From positions 992,001 through 1,056,000 of the forward strand of contig OZ176058.1 in assembly GCA_964247055.1 (NCBI GenBank): a DNA stretch of 64,000 nt, given 5' to 3'. Source of the stretch: Paragordius varius (Eukaryota; Animalia; Nematomorpha). A program made the position numbers and the translations under genes. A model generated the notes under the pieces. It was not told the DNA's origin and ran no database searches. It saw only the letters and a list, made by a program, of their open reading frames with translations. Shown piece after piece: positions 54,716-64,000 of the stretch (within the stretch, counting starts at the first letter, position 1; the number at the start of each line of letters is the position of its first letter).

Positions 54716-56118
54716 TAATTATTTGGTTGCAATTGAAAAAAATAATTAAACGATTGTGGTAGCATATTACATCTATATTTTTACATTGTATTTTATATAA
54801 GTCATAATAAATAGTTAAACAGTAAGTTTGAAAAAAAATATTTGCCTTTATATTTTTACGTTTTGCCCGTATAATATCAATTTTCATTGTTTTATATGTG
54901 AAAAGCGAATTGATTTATTAACATAAGGGGTGCGCAACATATATGACTTGCCAGACTGCATTTTTGACTCAAAAAGCGGCGGAAAAATTATATGGTTATT
55001 TATAAATGTTTTTTAAATTTCATATCTATAAGAACACAATATCTACACAGTATGAATACTATAAATATTGTATACAGACAAAACCTAAAAATATAAGGAA
55101 AATTATCAAAAAACACTATCCTTTTAAAGTATCTATCTGTTTTAATATAATTTATTAGACAATGTATGAAATAGGGATGTTAATTGGTAACACAATGAAT
55201 TACATATTTAAATGTAATTAAATTGTTTACTTGAGAAAATTTCAGGTTCAAAAAAGTATATAGATGACTTTTTAATGTATTTGTGTAAATATTTGCGTTT
55301 TGTCCGTATAATTTTAATTTTTATACTATTTCATCAATAATTGCCATTTAGGTTGTTAAAATTTAAATGGTATTCGGATTTAAATTCAATTTAAACCAAA
55401 TATATTTATTTTATAATTAGCATATGAAATTATAGATACCGTATATATGGTATATTTGAAAATTTTTAATATTATTCGTAGGTCGCATATAAAGGACACC
55501 ATGTTCACCCCTTTTTAAAGTTGACTTTACGATACACGCCATAAATTCGAATATTTACAGTAAAAATTTAAAAATTGACAAGACGTAAAATGTAAAAGCA
55601 AGACAATTTTTTCAAAGAAAACCATTTTTTATTCCTTAATTTATCCTTATTTAATTACATAACCCATAATTGATTGTGTTAGTTTAAAACAATGAGTTAT
55701 ATTTGAAAAAATCAGGTCTTTTCGAAAAAAATATTTGCTTTATAATCTTCTGTTTTGTCTGTTTTTAATTTTTACTCTATCTTCGATAGCTTTAACAGAG
55801 GCGTAGCTTGCATTTCTGGCGCCGGGTGCATAAATTTGTGAAGGCGCCCCCTCCCCCTTCATGCAACCTTCATTTAAAAAAAATAATAATATTTAAACGG
55901 TGTGTGGGGCGAAACGTGGCCCGTACTTAACAGAAACACAGGAAAAAACTTACACATTTAACCTTGTAAATTAATTTTATTTGATTAAAGTACATAAAAA
56001 GTAAATATAAAATAAATTTGGTTAAACACTTAAAAATTGTTATTAATAGGGTTTATCGAAAATTTTTAGCCCCGATTTAACATTACACTTGTTTTTGATA
56101 ATATAAATTTTAGATATA

Positions 56119-56782
56119 CCATTTGCACTTCAAGAGTGTCCTTGAACACTTCAAGTTGGTCCTTGAACAATTCAAGTTGGTCCTAGAACAGTTAAGTTGG
56201 TCCTTGAACATTTCAAGTTGGTCCTTGAACATTTCAAGTTGGTCCTTTGACTTTTTTGTTTTGTTTTTAATTTTTATCAATCAAATCGTAAATATTTCAT
56301 TTATTTTATTGTTTTTAACCTATTTTCTATTATTTAATATAAATTTTAAATCGATATCAACCTTTATTTTTTGAGAACCGTATATCTTTGTTAATTTCTT
56401 AAAATAATTTTGGATATTTATAAGATTTTAACACGAAATGAAAAAATATATAAGTTTTCTGGGTTATTAATTAAAATTTGTCATTAAAAACATTTAAAAG
56501 TCAATAATTTTGTTCAATTGAAAAAAAATAATTTGAAATAAAAAAGTGGTTTTTCAATAAAAATTTTTATTTTTAAATGAATAAATATAAATAAATAAAG
56601 AAAATTAGGTTAATAAATAATAAAATAAAAATTAAATGCAAAAATTATGGGTAAATCAAAATTTATAAATTTTAAGGACCAACTTGAAGTGTTCAAGGAC
56701 CAACTTGAAATGTTCAAGGACCAACTTGAAATGTTCAAAGGCCAACTTGAAGTGTTCAAGGACACTCTTGAAGTGCAAATGG
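56119..56782. mobile_element. Foldback-type element with 21-bp subterminal tandem repeats
   Basis: TIR CCATTTGCACTTCAAGAGTGTCC; about 5 left and 4 right units of GTCCTTGAACATTTCAAGTTG in inverted orientation; TA (or TATA) flanks. Confidence 0.85.
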
Positions 56783-57740
56783 TATATACCAATGTATTTT
56801 TTATCTTTCGCAAAAGGGCAAAAAACTGAATCTTTCGAATGATACTTACTCATTTAAATCAATTTCATGTAAAAGTTAGTTGGGTTTATAGTTAAAATTT
56901 TCAAGTGTAAATAAGTCAAAAAATTCACAGACTAATTAAATTAACAAATAAATTATTTAATATAATTATTGGGTTGATGATATTAAAAAAAAGCTTTGGT
57001 TTGATTTTTTAATAAAAATTATAATTTGCGCTTATAAAGGATTAAAAAACCGAAAAATATAATAATTAAAAATACTTAATAATACCTATTTTAATTTATA
57101 ACTCAAAGGTAAAAATTTAGTCAACTTAATAGGTCATTGGCTAAATTGTAAAATTAACCACTTTTCTATTTCTTTTAATGTTAATTTTAATTTAATTAAA
57201 AGTTACCTTTAACTTTACCTTTAAAATCTAATGAATACGATATTTTGCAAAATTTTTGTAAAACAACAATGCCGTCCAAATATTCTAACATGGAACTTTT
57301 TTTACAAAAAAATTTATTTTAATATTTTAACCTTTTTATATAATTTTTATCAGGATAGAAGAATAAAATAAAAATGGGTCCCTTTCCTTCAATAGTGCTA
57401 CTCTAAAATAATAGTTAATTATATTTATTAAAACATATGGAAACTTTAAATAAATATCCATTGTCTTCTCAAACAAAGAACATATCAGATGACAGAAATG
57501 CCCAGTACAAGCGCGGAATATAATAAGTATGATATTTTCTATTAATAAATTTGGTACAATATGTATGACATAAAATATATTCACCCTTAATTTCTAATGT
57601 ATAGAAATAACAAAAATTTATATATGTATGAAAAACCAGACCAGATTTTCACAGAATCCAATGAACTGTCCAATGCAAGCGCCGAGCTCAATAAACAAAA
57701 ATACATCAGATTTTGACAGAAAGGCCCATTACAAGCGCGG

Positions 57741-57797
<57 letters not shown>

Positions 57798-59041
57798 CTG
57801 TATATTGAACTTGTAGTAAAATAATAATAACATTTAAAGGGCGAATGGCTTCATCTTATTAAAAACTATGGGTACCGGGTTGAATATTTATAAAAAATCC
57901 TAATTATAATTTTAACATTCGTGACATTGAATTTTTCCATAAATGCATATTGTATTGGGTGTGTATATTTTTGTTGCTTTAAACAATGTTGTAAAAAATC
58001 AAAATAATGACGGATAATTTGAATTGGGTGGTAAAAAAATTTCCTAAGCAAAAGACTTGAGTTAAATTTTTTATCACCGATCGTCAAGTTTACACTTGTT
58101 AGCTTAAGTTAACTTGTTCAATTTGCCACGCTTGGTTTCCAAGTCAAGTGAAACAAGAAAAATGCTAGTATATAATTAAAAAAGATTGTCAGTTGGAAAA
58201 AAAAGTTTGCATTTTAGTTATTATAAAACTAGACAACGAATTATGACTATTTTTAATTACCATTCTTGTAATCTGAAATTATTTCTTTAAAGTACATAAA
58301 TAGTATATCTGAAAAAATGGTTTTACAAAGATTTTCTTATCAGGGTTTATCAATTAACCCGAAATATTTAAAATTAAAAGTTTTAGATATATAGCCATGT
58401 TTTTTATATCATTGCGCGAAATACTGTATTTTTCGGATGGTAGTTGGACATTTAAATTAATTTGATGTAAAAGATTTTAGGATATATGGTCAAAATTCAA
58501 CCCTTAAATAAGTCGAAAATTTCACAGAACAAATTTAATTCTCATTTAAATTATTTTAATATAATCATTAGGGTTAGTTTAGAAAATATTTAAAAAAAAT
58601 TGAAAAAGTTTTGGGTTGTTTTTTCAAAAAATTATTATTATCCACATTATTTTACCTAGTGGATAACTAAATGCATAATTATAATTGTATATTTATTATA
58701 AAAAAAATCAAAAATACCTTAAACTTTATTGTTAGTCTTTGAAAATCCAAAATTATAAGCACCCTAAAAAAATAAATATTCATGAGATGGTAATTTTTTA
58801 AAAAACAAAAAACTTAAAAATAGCTGTTTTGAATGTCATAAAAGCAATAAATAAGTCTATTATTTAAAAATTTTCTTGAAATCTTTTTCGGACATTCATC
58901 ACCATCTAGACAAAGTTTGCGCAATTTTCATCCATTAGTTCTAAATATATACATTAATAAAAAAACGCTCTTGCTTCGCGCATTTTTCGCTTCCTATGTC
59001 CAATATTAACTATCGATATAAATCATATTAGCATGCCTTTT

Positions 59042-59335
59042 TGTTATCTTTTAAGATAAAGAGATAATAAAAGAAATGTGAAATGAACTGAATTATTTAT
59101 TTGGTTTTTTAAGGTGTATATATAGCAATTTTAACTGTCCATGATTTGCATTATATCAATAAAATTTCAAGTAACAAAGGTTATATATTTACATATAACA
59201 CAAAAAATATAAAAAATAATACAATTCAAATAACGGTGAAAGTTATGATATATAACCAAGGTATGTATTTCACATTTGCATATAACACATAAAAATATTA
59301 TAAAAATAAAGTATATCTTTCAGATTTGCATAACA
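59042..59335 (-). repeat. 3' LTR (294 bp)
   Basis: Direct repeat of 63295-63588. Confidence 0.97.
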
Positions 59336-59348
59336 TCACTTCCCCCTT
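59336..59348 (-). promoter_or_regulatory. Polypurine tract AAGGGGGAAGTGA
   Basis: Purine run directly upstream of the 3' LTR, overlapping the gag-pol stop codon. Confidence 0.85.
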
Positions 59349-62300
59349 AAGAGAACCGGACCGGCTTCCGCCGAATTCTCTCGGGGTAACGACGCTCATG
59401 CGGATTTGCATTGATATTGTCATTAATATTATTAATGTTATCATTGCTACTTTCATTATTATTATCATTACTATTGTTATTATTATCAATACTACTACCA
59501 TTATTATTATTGTTATTGTCTATATTACTATCATTACTATTGTTTGGAGTAACCGGTGCGGTTGAGTTGGCCGGTAGGTCTACGTGTTTCAACTGATCTG
59601 CATGCTTTCTGACAATCTTCTGGTTTACCTGATCCCACACACTGTACGAAAGGAGACCCGTTCTATCAACAACATCGCCGGCTCGCCATCCAAAATTTTG
59701 TTCGTTTCTCATCATTACGGGTTGGTTTATTGAGAATTCACGGCGTGGACGGGGTGCGTCTAAGATTATTGCTTTTGTGTTGATCCAGGTGAGGGGTGTT
59801 TGAGATACTCGTTCTTTTGTAGTCGCATGTATTGAATTACGATACGACCATAGAGTGGTATTAAAGGCTTCTTGTGGTGAAATATTATCATTTTTGATTT
59901 TTCTATACTTGCCCTTGAGGGTCCCCACTAACCTTTCTACCATCCCATTACTTTTAGGATGATAGGGGGTTACCCTCACGTGTTTAATACCCAAGTTTGT
60001 TAGAGTGGATGTGAAGTACGAATTACTAAAATAAGAAGCATTATCACTAATAACCGTCCTCGGAAACCCAAACCTGGCAAAGGTTTCCTCGAGTTTATGC
60101 AATATGTTTACCGAATTAACCCTTTTTAACATGAACCCTTCCGACCATTTTGATGAGCTATCAATCAGTAACAACCAATAATACCCGTCAACTGGTCCCG
60201 CTATATCGATGTGTAACCGCTCCCATATCGCAGCATTTGGATCCCAATGATAAGTCGGATTTTCAACTAGGCTTGGCTTGTTTATTTGACATGAACTACA
60301 CTCACTGTATCTTCTTACCAAATCGTTCTCTAATTTTGGCCAAAAACAAGTAAACCTTGCCATTGCTTTCATTGTTTCTACGTTATTGTGCCCGCTGTGT
60401 AAGTAGTTGACCACATTTGACTGTAAGCTTTCTGGAATGATAATTCGATCGTTTAAACTGAGCAATCCGTATTGATACGAAATCTCTCCCTTCCGATTCG
60501 TAAACCCAGCCAACTCAACATCACTCCAATCTTGGTTATGAATCGCCTTAATTACTTTCTGCAAAATTTTATCTTTAACCGTTTCTCTCCGAATTTTATC
60601 GCGACTTAACTGAACGTTATGACAATTAAGAAACCTAAGATATCTAGTTACCATGTAATCTCTATCGATTGTGTCGACATTATCATCACTGGGACATCTT
60701 GATAAGTAATCAGCTCTATTTTTGGGACCCGCCTGATAACTAAGTTCAAAATCATAATCATTCAAACGGTTAACCCATCTTAAAACTTTCGCATTTTGAA
60801 TTTCTTTCAGATTTCTATCCCTATTTATTAACCTAACAAGTGGTAAGTGGTCTGTCAAAATTTCAAACTTTCTACCATAAATGAAGTTGTGGAACTTTTC
60901 TAATGCAAAAACAATAGCCTTTAATTCCTTTTCTATCGTGAAGTAGTTCGATTCTGCGGTACTACATTTTCTTGAACCATAGGCAATGGGTTTCCTTTCA
61001 CCATTTACAACATGACTTAGAATACATCCAAACCCTATATCTGAGGCATCGGTTTCAATTACTAACTTTCTATCCGGATTGTATGGTGTTAAAAATACTT
61101 GTTCACTTAATAATTCCTTAGCGGCTTTCCAACAATTCTCATGTTTTTCCGACCAGTTCCATCTGACGTTCTTACTTGTTAAACTATGTAAATCACTTAC
61201 AATCAATTGAAGCTTGGGTATAAATCTTTCATGAAACGTCAAAAATCCTAGAAAACTTCTTAAAGATTTTTTATCCACAGGTTTTTTAAAATCATTGATT
61301 GCTTTTACTTTATTCTTGCAAGGACTTATACCTTTATTACTTATTTCAAATCCCAGATAACTTACTGAAGGTTCACCAATTTTTATTTTATCTTTTCTTA
61401 ATCTAAAACCTGCTAATTCTAACCGATTTAAAACATTATTAAGATTTATTAAATGTTCCTCTTCAGATTTGCCAGTTACTAAAACATCATCTAAATATGC
61501 ACAAGTGCCGGGACAATCTTTTATAACCTGGTCCATGACTCGTTGGAAAATTATTGGTGCTGTTGACAGTCCGAAGGGCATCCTTTTGTAGCGAAAAAAT
61601 CCTTTGTGAGTCGCAATTGTCAAGAGATCTTGTGATTCTTTGGTTATGGGCATTTGTAGATAGGCATCTTTCAAATCAATCTTAGTGAAAACTTGGCCTT
61701 CGCCAATCTTACTCACTAAATCATCAAACGTTGGAATGATATGAGAGTCCTCAGTGAGCCACTTGTTGATGGTAACTCTGAAATCGCTGCAAATTCTTAC
61801 CTCTCCATTCGCTTTGAGCACATTAACGGTGGGCGTGGCCCATGTCAGAGGTGTAAGGTTGGGATCTATAGGCTCCAGAATGTCTAACTTTTGTAATCTT
61901 AGTAATTCATTTTCAACTTTTGCTCTTAGGGGAAACGGTACTCGGCGGCAAGGCCAAACTTTGGGGGAGGCATTGGGTGCTATATGAATTGTAACTGGCT
62001 CAATGTAACAACCTAATTCCTCTTTAAATAGATTAGGGAAATTTTCAATAATTTTATCAAGTTTAAGAAAGTTAATTCGTATTTTAGGAATGTCGATGTT
62101 AAATCTCGTGATCCAATCCAAGCCACAAATGAGCGGTGCCTTTGACATTTTTTCTTTCAATACACAACATTCTGCGTTCCCCAAGTTTTGCCCATTGATT
62201 TGCACTGTGACTGTTGTTACGCCCAGTAGAGGTACTATGCTATTATTGTAGGCTTTTACTGGCGGTATGGGTCTAATATTTGGCTTGCCAACTTGTTTCC

Positions 62301-63228
62301 AGGTGTCAAAGCTGATAACACTGATGTCAGCTCCAGTATCATAGATAAACGTTTGTTCTGTGTTGTTTATCATTATTTTTACGGTCCATGGTGAGGTTGG
62401 CATTGCTTTTCTATGGATCTGGCGGTTGAACAAATTTTTGGCAGTGTTTTTTGATCTACACATTTTTGCGAAGTGATGAGGTTTTCCGCATTTATTGCAA
62501 TTGCGGTTCCAGGCAGGACATTTGTTTGGTCCATGGCTATTACCACAACGATTGCACGAATGTGTTAGGGGTTTTGCTGTTGGCTGTCGTGAACGCATGG
62601 CCTTATTATTATTATTGGTGTGTTGTAATCGATTTAAATTATTACCATTGTTATAATTGGTATTATCATTATTGTTATGAAGGCCAGCCCTGGCAGCCTC
62701 GTGTGCTAGTGCGAGATCCACTATCGTTTCTAGAGGCACGGGTTGTCCGTTGATCTCGGCATCGGGATACCTAGAATGTATGTTAATTTCCAATTGTGGT
62801 TGCCGTAACCCAATGACTAAGGCATCCCGAATCCGTTCCTCTATTGAATCCTTAAATTTTGCCTCTTCGGCTGCGATTTTTACCCGTTCTAGAAATTGGG
62901 TAAACGATTCGGTGTTGTTCCGCACAAGTCGAAAAAACTCAAATCTGCTTTGGAATTTCGACTTTGTGGGATTGAATACCTTTAAACCCGTTGCCATTAT
63001 CTCGGTCCATTCTGCATCTTTTATCTTTTTCGGATAGAGTCGTTGGTTGATTTTGCGTACCACCATTAGACCTCCATACGCAAGCAAGGTTGTTTTGAGG
63101 GCTTGTTCTGTTACAGGGATATCTTTTGCCTCCATAACATTTGTCATATACTCAACGTATTCCTCAAACTTAATATTATCATTATATTTTTCGATGCATA
63201 GGTTAGCGAGATTGATTGGCGTTGTCAT
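59347..63228 (-). CDS. Gag-Pol polyprotein, 1293 aa, uninterrupted
   Basis: Two CCHC knuckles (CNRCGNSHGPNKC-PA; CNKCGKPHHFAKMC), protease YDTGA, RT YLDD, RNase H TDAS...EKE...TDH, integrase HHCC and D-D35-E (HID, SDN, MVE). The tandem knuckle pattern with CPA is typical of the Mag clade. Confidence 0.96.
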   Translation of the reverse strand: MTTPINLANLCIEKYNDNIKFEEYVEYMTNVMEAKDIPVTEQALKTTLLAYGGLMVVRKINQRLYPKKIKDAEWTEIMATGLKVFNPTKSKFQSRFEFFRLVRNNTESFTQFLERVKIAAEEAKFKDSIEERIRDALVIGLRQPQLEINIHSRYPDAEINGQPVPLETIVDLALAHEAARAGLHNNNDNTNYNNGNNLNRLQHTNNNNKAMRSRQPTAKPLTHSCNRCGNSHGPNKCPAWNRNCNKCGKPHHFAKMCRSKNTAKNLFNRQIHRKAMPTSPWTVKIMINNTEQTFIYDTGADISVISFDTWKQVGKPNIRPIPPVKAYNNSIVPLLGVTTVTVQINGQNLGNAECCVLKEKMSKAPLICGLDWITRFNIDIPKIRINFLKLDKIIENFPNLFKEELGCYIEPVTIHIAPNASPKVWPCRRVPFPLRAKVENELLRLQKLDILEPIDPNLTPLTWATPTVNVLKANGEVRICSDFRVTINKWLTEDSHIIPTFDDLVSKIGEGQVFTKIDLKDAYLQMPITKESQDLLTIATHKGFFRYKRMPFGLSTAPIIFQRVMDQVIKDCPGTCAYLDDVLVTGKSEEEHLINLNNVLNRLELAGFRLRKDKIKIGEPSVSYLGFEISNKGISPCKNKVKAINDFKKPVDKKSLRSFLGFLTFHERFIPKLQLIVSDLHSLTSKNVRWNWSEKHENCWKAAKELLSEQVFLTPYNPDRKLVIETDASDIGFGCILSHVVNGERKPIAYGSRKCSTAESNYFTIEKELKAIVFALEKFHNFIYGRKFEILTDHLPLVRLINRDRNLKEIQNAKVLRWVNRLNDYDFELSYQAGPKNRADYLSRCPSDDNVDTIDRDYMVTRYLRFLNCHNVQLSRDKIRRETVKDKILQKVIKAIHNQDWSDVELAGFTNRKGEISYQYGLLSLNDRIIIPESLQSNVVNYLHSGHNNVETMKAMARFTCFWPKLENDLVRRYSECSSCQINKPSLVENPTYHWDPNAAIWERLHIDIAGPVDGYYWLLLIDSSSKWSEGFMLKRVNSVNILHKLEETFARFGFPRTVISDNASYFSNSYFTSTLTNLGIKHVRVTPYHPKSNGMVERLVGTLKGKYRKIKNDNISPQEAFNTTLWSYRNSIHATTKERVSQTPLTWINTKAIILDAPRPRREFSINQPVMMRNEQNFGWRAGDVVDRTGLLSYSVWDQVNQKIVRKHADQLKHVDLPANSTAPVTPNNSNDSNIDNNNNNNGSSIDNNNNSNDNNNESSNDNINNINDNINANPHERRYPERIRRKPVRFS

Positions 63229-63280
63229 GTTCGATTGGGTATCAGTAAGACCTCCACTAGCACTAGCTTAGTTCGGTACT

Positions 63281-63293
63281 CGAATTGCCACCA
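63281..63293 (-). promoter_or_regulatory. Primer-binding site TGGTGGCAATTCG
   Basis: Starts 1 nt after the 5' LTR with TGG (complement of tRNA CCA). TGGTGGCA resembles Leu-tRNA PBSs, but the tRNA identity is unconfirmed. Confidence 0.8.
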
Positions 63294-63294
63294 A

Positions 63295-63588
63295 TGTTAT
63301 CTTTTAAGATAAAGAGATAATAAAAGAAATGTGAAATGAACTGAATTATTTATTTGGTTTTTTAAGGTGTATATATAGCAATTTTAACTGTCCATGATTT
63401 GCATTATATCAATAAAATTTCAAGTAACAAAGGTTATATATTTACATATAACACAAAAAATATAAAAAATAATACAATTCAAATAACGGTGAAAGTTATG
63501 ATATATAACCAAGGTATGTATTTCACATTTGCATATAACACATAAAAATATTATAAAAATAAAGTATATCTTTCAGATTTGCATAACA
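63295..63588 (-). repeat. 5' LTR (294 bp)
   Basis: Direct repeat of 59042-59335, no mismatch seen by eye; TG...CA termini. Confidence 0.97.
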
Positions 63589-64000
63589 CTTTTATAGAGT
63601 TTTCATCACTCTTCGAATGATATATTGATATAATGGAAAAAGACATTTGTTGCATATCTTCAAAGAAATACATTTTTTGGTAAAATTTTGAAAAAGAAAG
63701 CGCATAATCATAAGAAAATTAAATTATAATAAATTCTTTGGCGAAATTATACTTTTTATTTCTGATTTACTGTTAAATTGATATTGCAGTAAAAACTGAT
63801 ATTTTACGGACAATATAAAAATATAAAGACAATTTTTTTTTGAAAAGACAACCAAACTTTTTAAACCTTAATCTATCCTATAAAATACATTTAATAATCG
63901 TTAAACACATATGTGTTACCAATTTACATATCTATATACTTTGTAGTATAAAACAATGAGTTATATTTAAAAAACAAGTTAAAAAAAATATGGTTATCTT

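Larger units (their letters stand above)
59042..63588 (-). mobile_element. Full-length Ty3/Gypsy LTR retrotransposon, Mag-like (K02A2.6-like), 4547 bp
   Basis: Two 294-bp LTRs (TGTTAT...ATAACA), 5-bp TSD CTTTT at 59037-59041 and 63589-63593, PBS, PPT, and a single gag-pol ORF in PR-RT-RH-IN order. Confidence 0.97.
58227..63785 (-). mobile_element. CACTA-type non-autonomous element, copy 4, interrupted by the LTR retrotransposon and truncated by a MITE at 63787
   Basis: 58227-59041 and 63589-63785 are contiguous parts of the same family sequence on either side of the LTR element. Confidence 0.75.

Noticed and set aside
56123-56853. ORFs with heptad repeats (LEHFKLV / FKDQLEM) resembling coiled coils, and a CRISPR-like look
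   Set aside because: They are translations of the 21-bp subterminal repeats. Units are contiguous with no unique spacers, there are no cas genes, and the DNA is eukaryotic.
32605-58087. Remaining 60-90 aa ORFs rich in I/F/L/K/Y/N
   Set aside because: Composition is that expected from random AT-rich or MITE DNA; no domains or splice-consistent chains.
59298-63271. Alternative-frame and antisense ORFs in the retrotransposon, including hydrophobic I/L-rich ones that mimic env or TM segments
   Set aside because: They derive from the AAT/AAC repeats and gag-pol codon structure; there is no room for an env gene between pol and the PPT.

Overview
Very AT-rich animal (metazoan) genomic DNA, not prokaryotic; no CRISPR array or rRNA is visible. 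One well-supported host gene: an 8-coding-exon nuclear receptor of the NR1H/ecdysone-receptor (EcR) type on the + strand (CDS 13973-32486). My hand splicing gives 4872 nt = 1623 aa, with all junction phases consistent. It is unusual at both functional ends. The splice junction yields a P-box of CEGCKV instead of CEGCKG, and several residues that contact ecdysteroid in insect EcR appear substituted. It also has very long Asn/Ser/His-rich A/B, hinge and F regions, and two decayed tandem copies of the 3' end of an LBD exon, each keeping a splice donor. The rest is a dense transposon landscape. An intact 4547-bp Ty3/Gypsy (Mag-like) LTR retrotransposon with apparently identical 294-bp LTRs and a 5-bp TSD is nested in a CACTA-type non-autonomous element. 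There are also a decayed PIF/Harbinger transposase, piggyBac-like and hAT-like non-autonomous elements, four TA-flanked MITE families with CAGT termini, and a foldback family with 21-bp subterminal repeats. A MITE-derived ~145-bp tandem array, two inverted duplications and a tRNA-derived (SINE-like) sequence complete the picture. All alignments and reference residue numbers were done by eye or from memory and need computational confirmation. I found no evidence for a wholly new multi-gene system; the best novelty candidate is the divergent EcR-like receptor.
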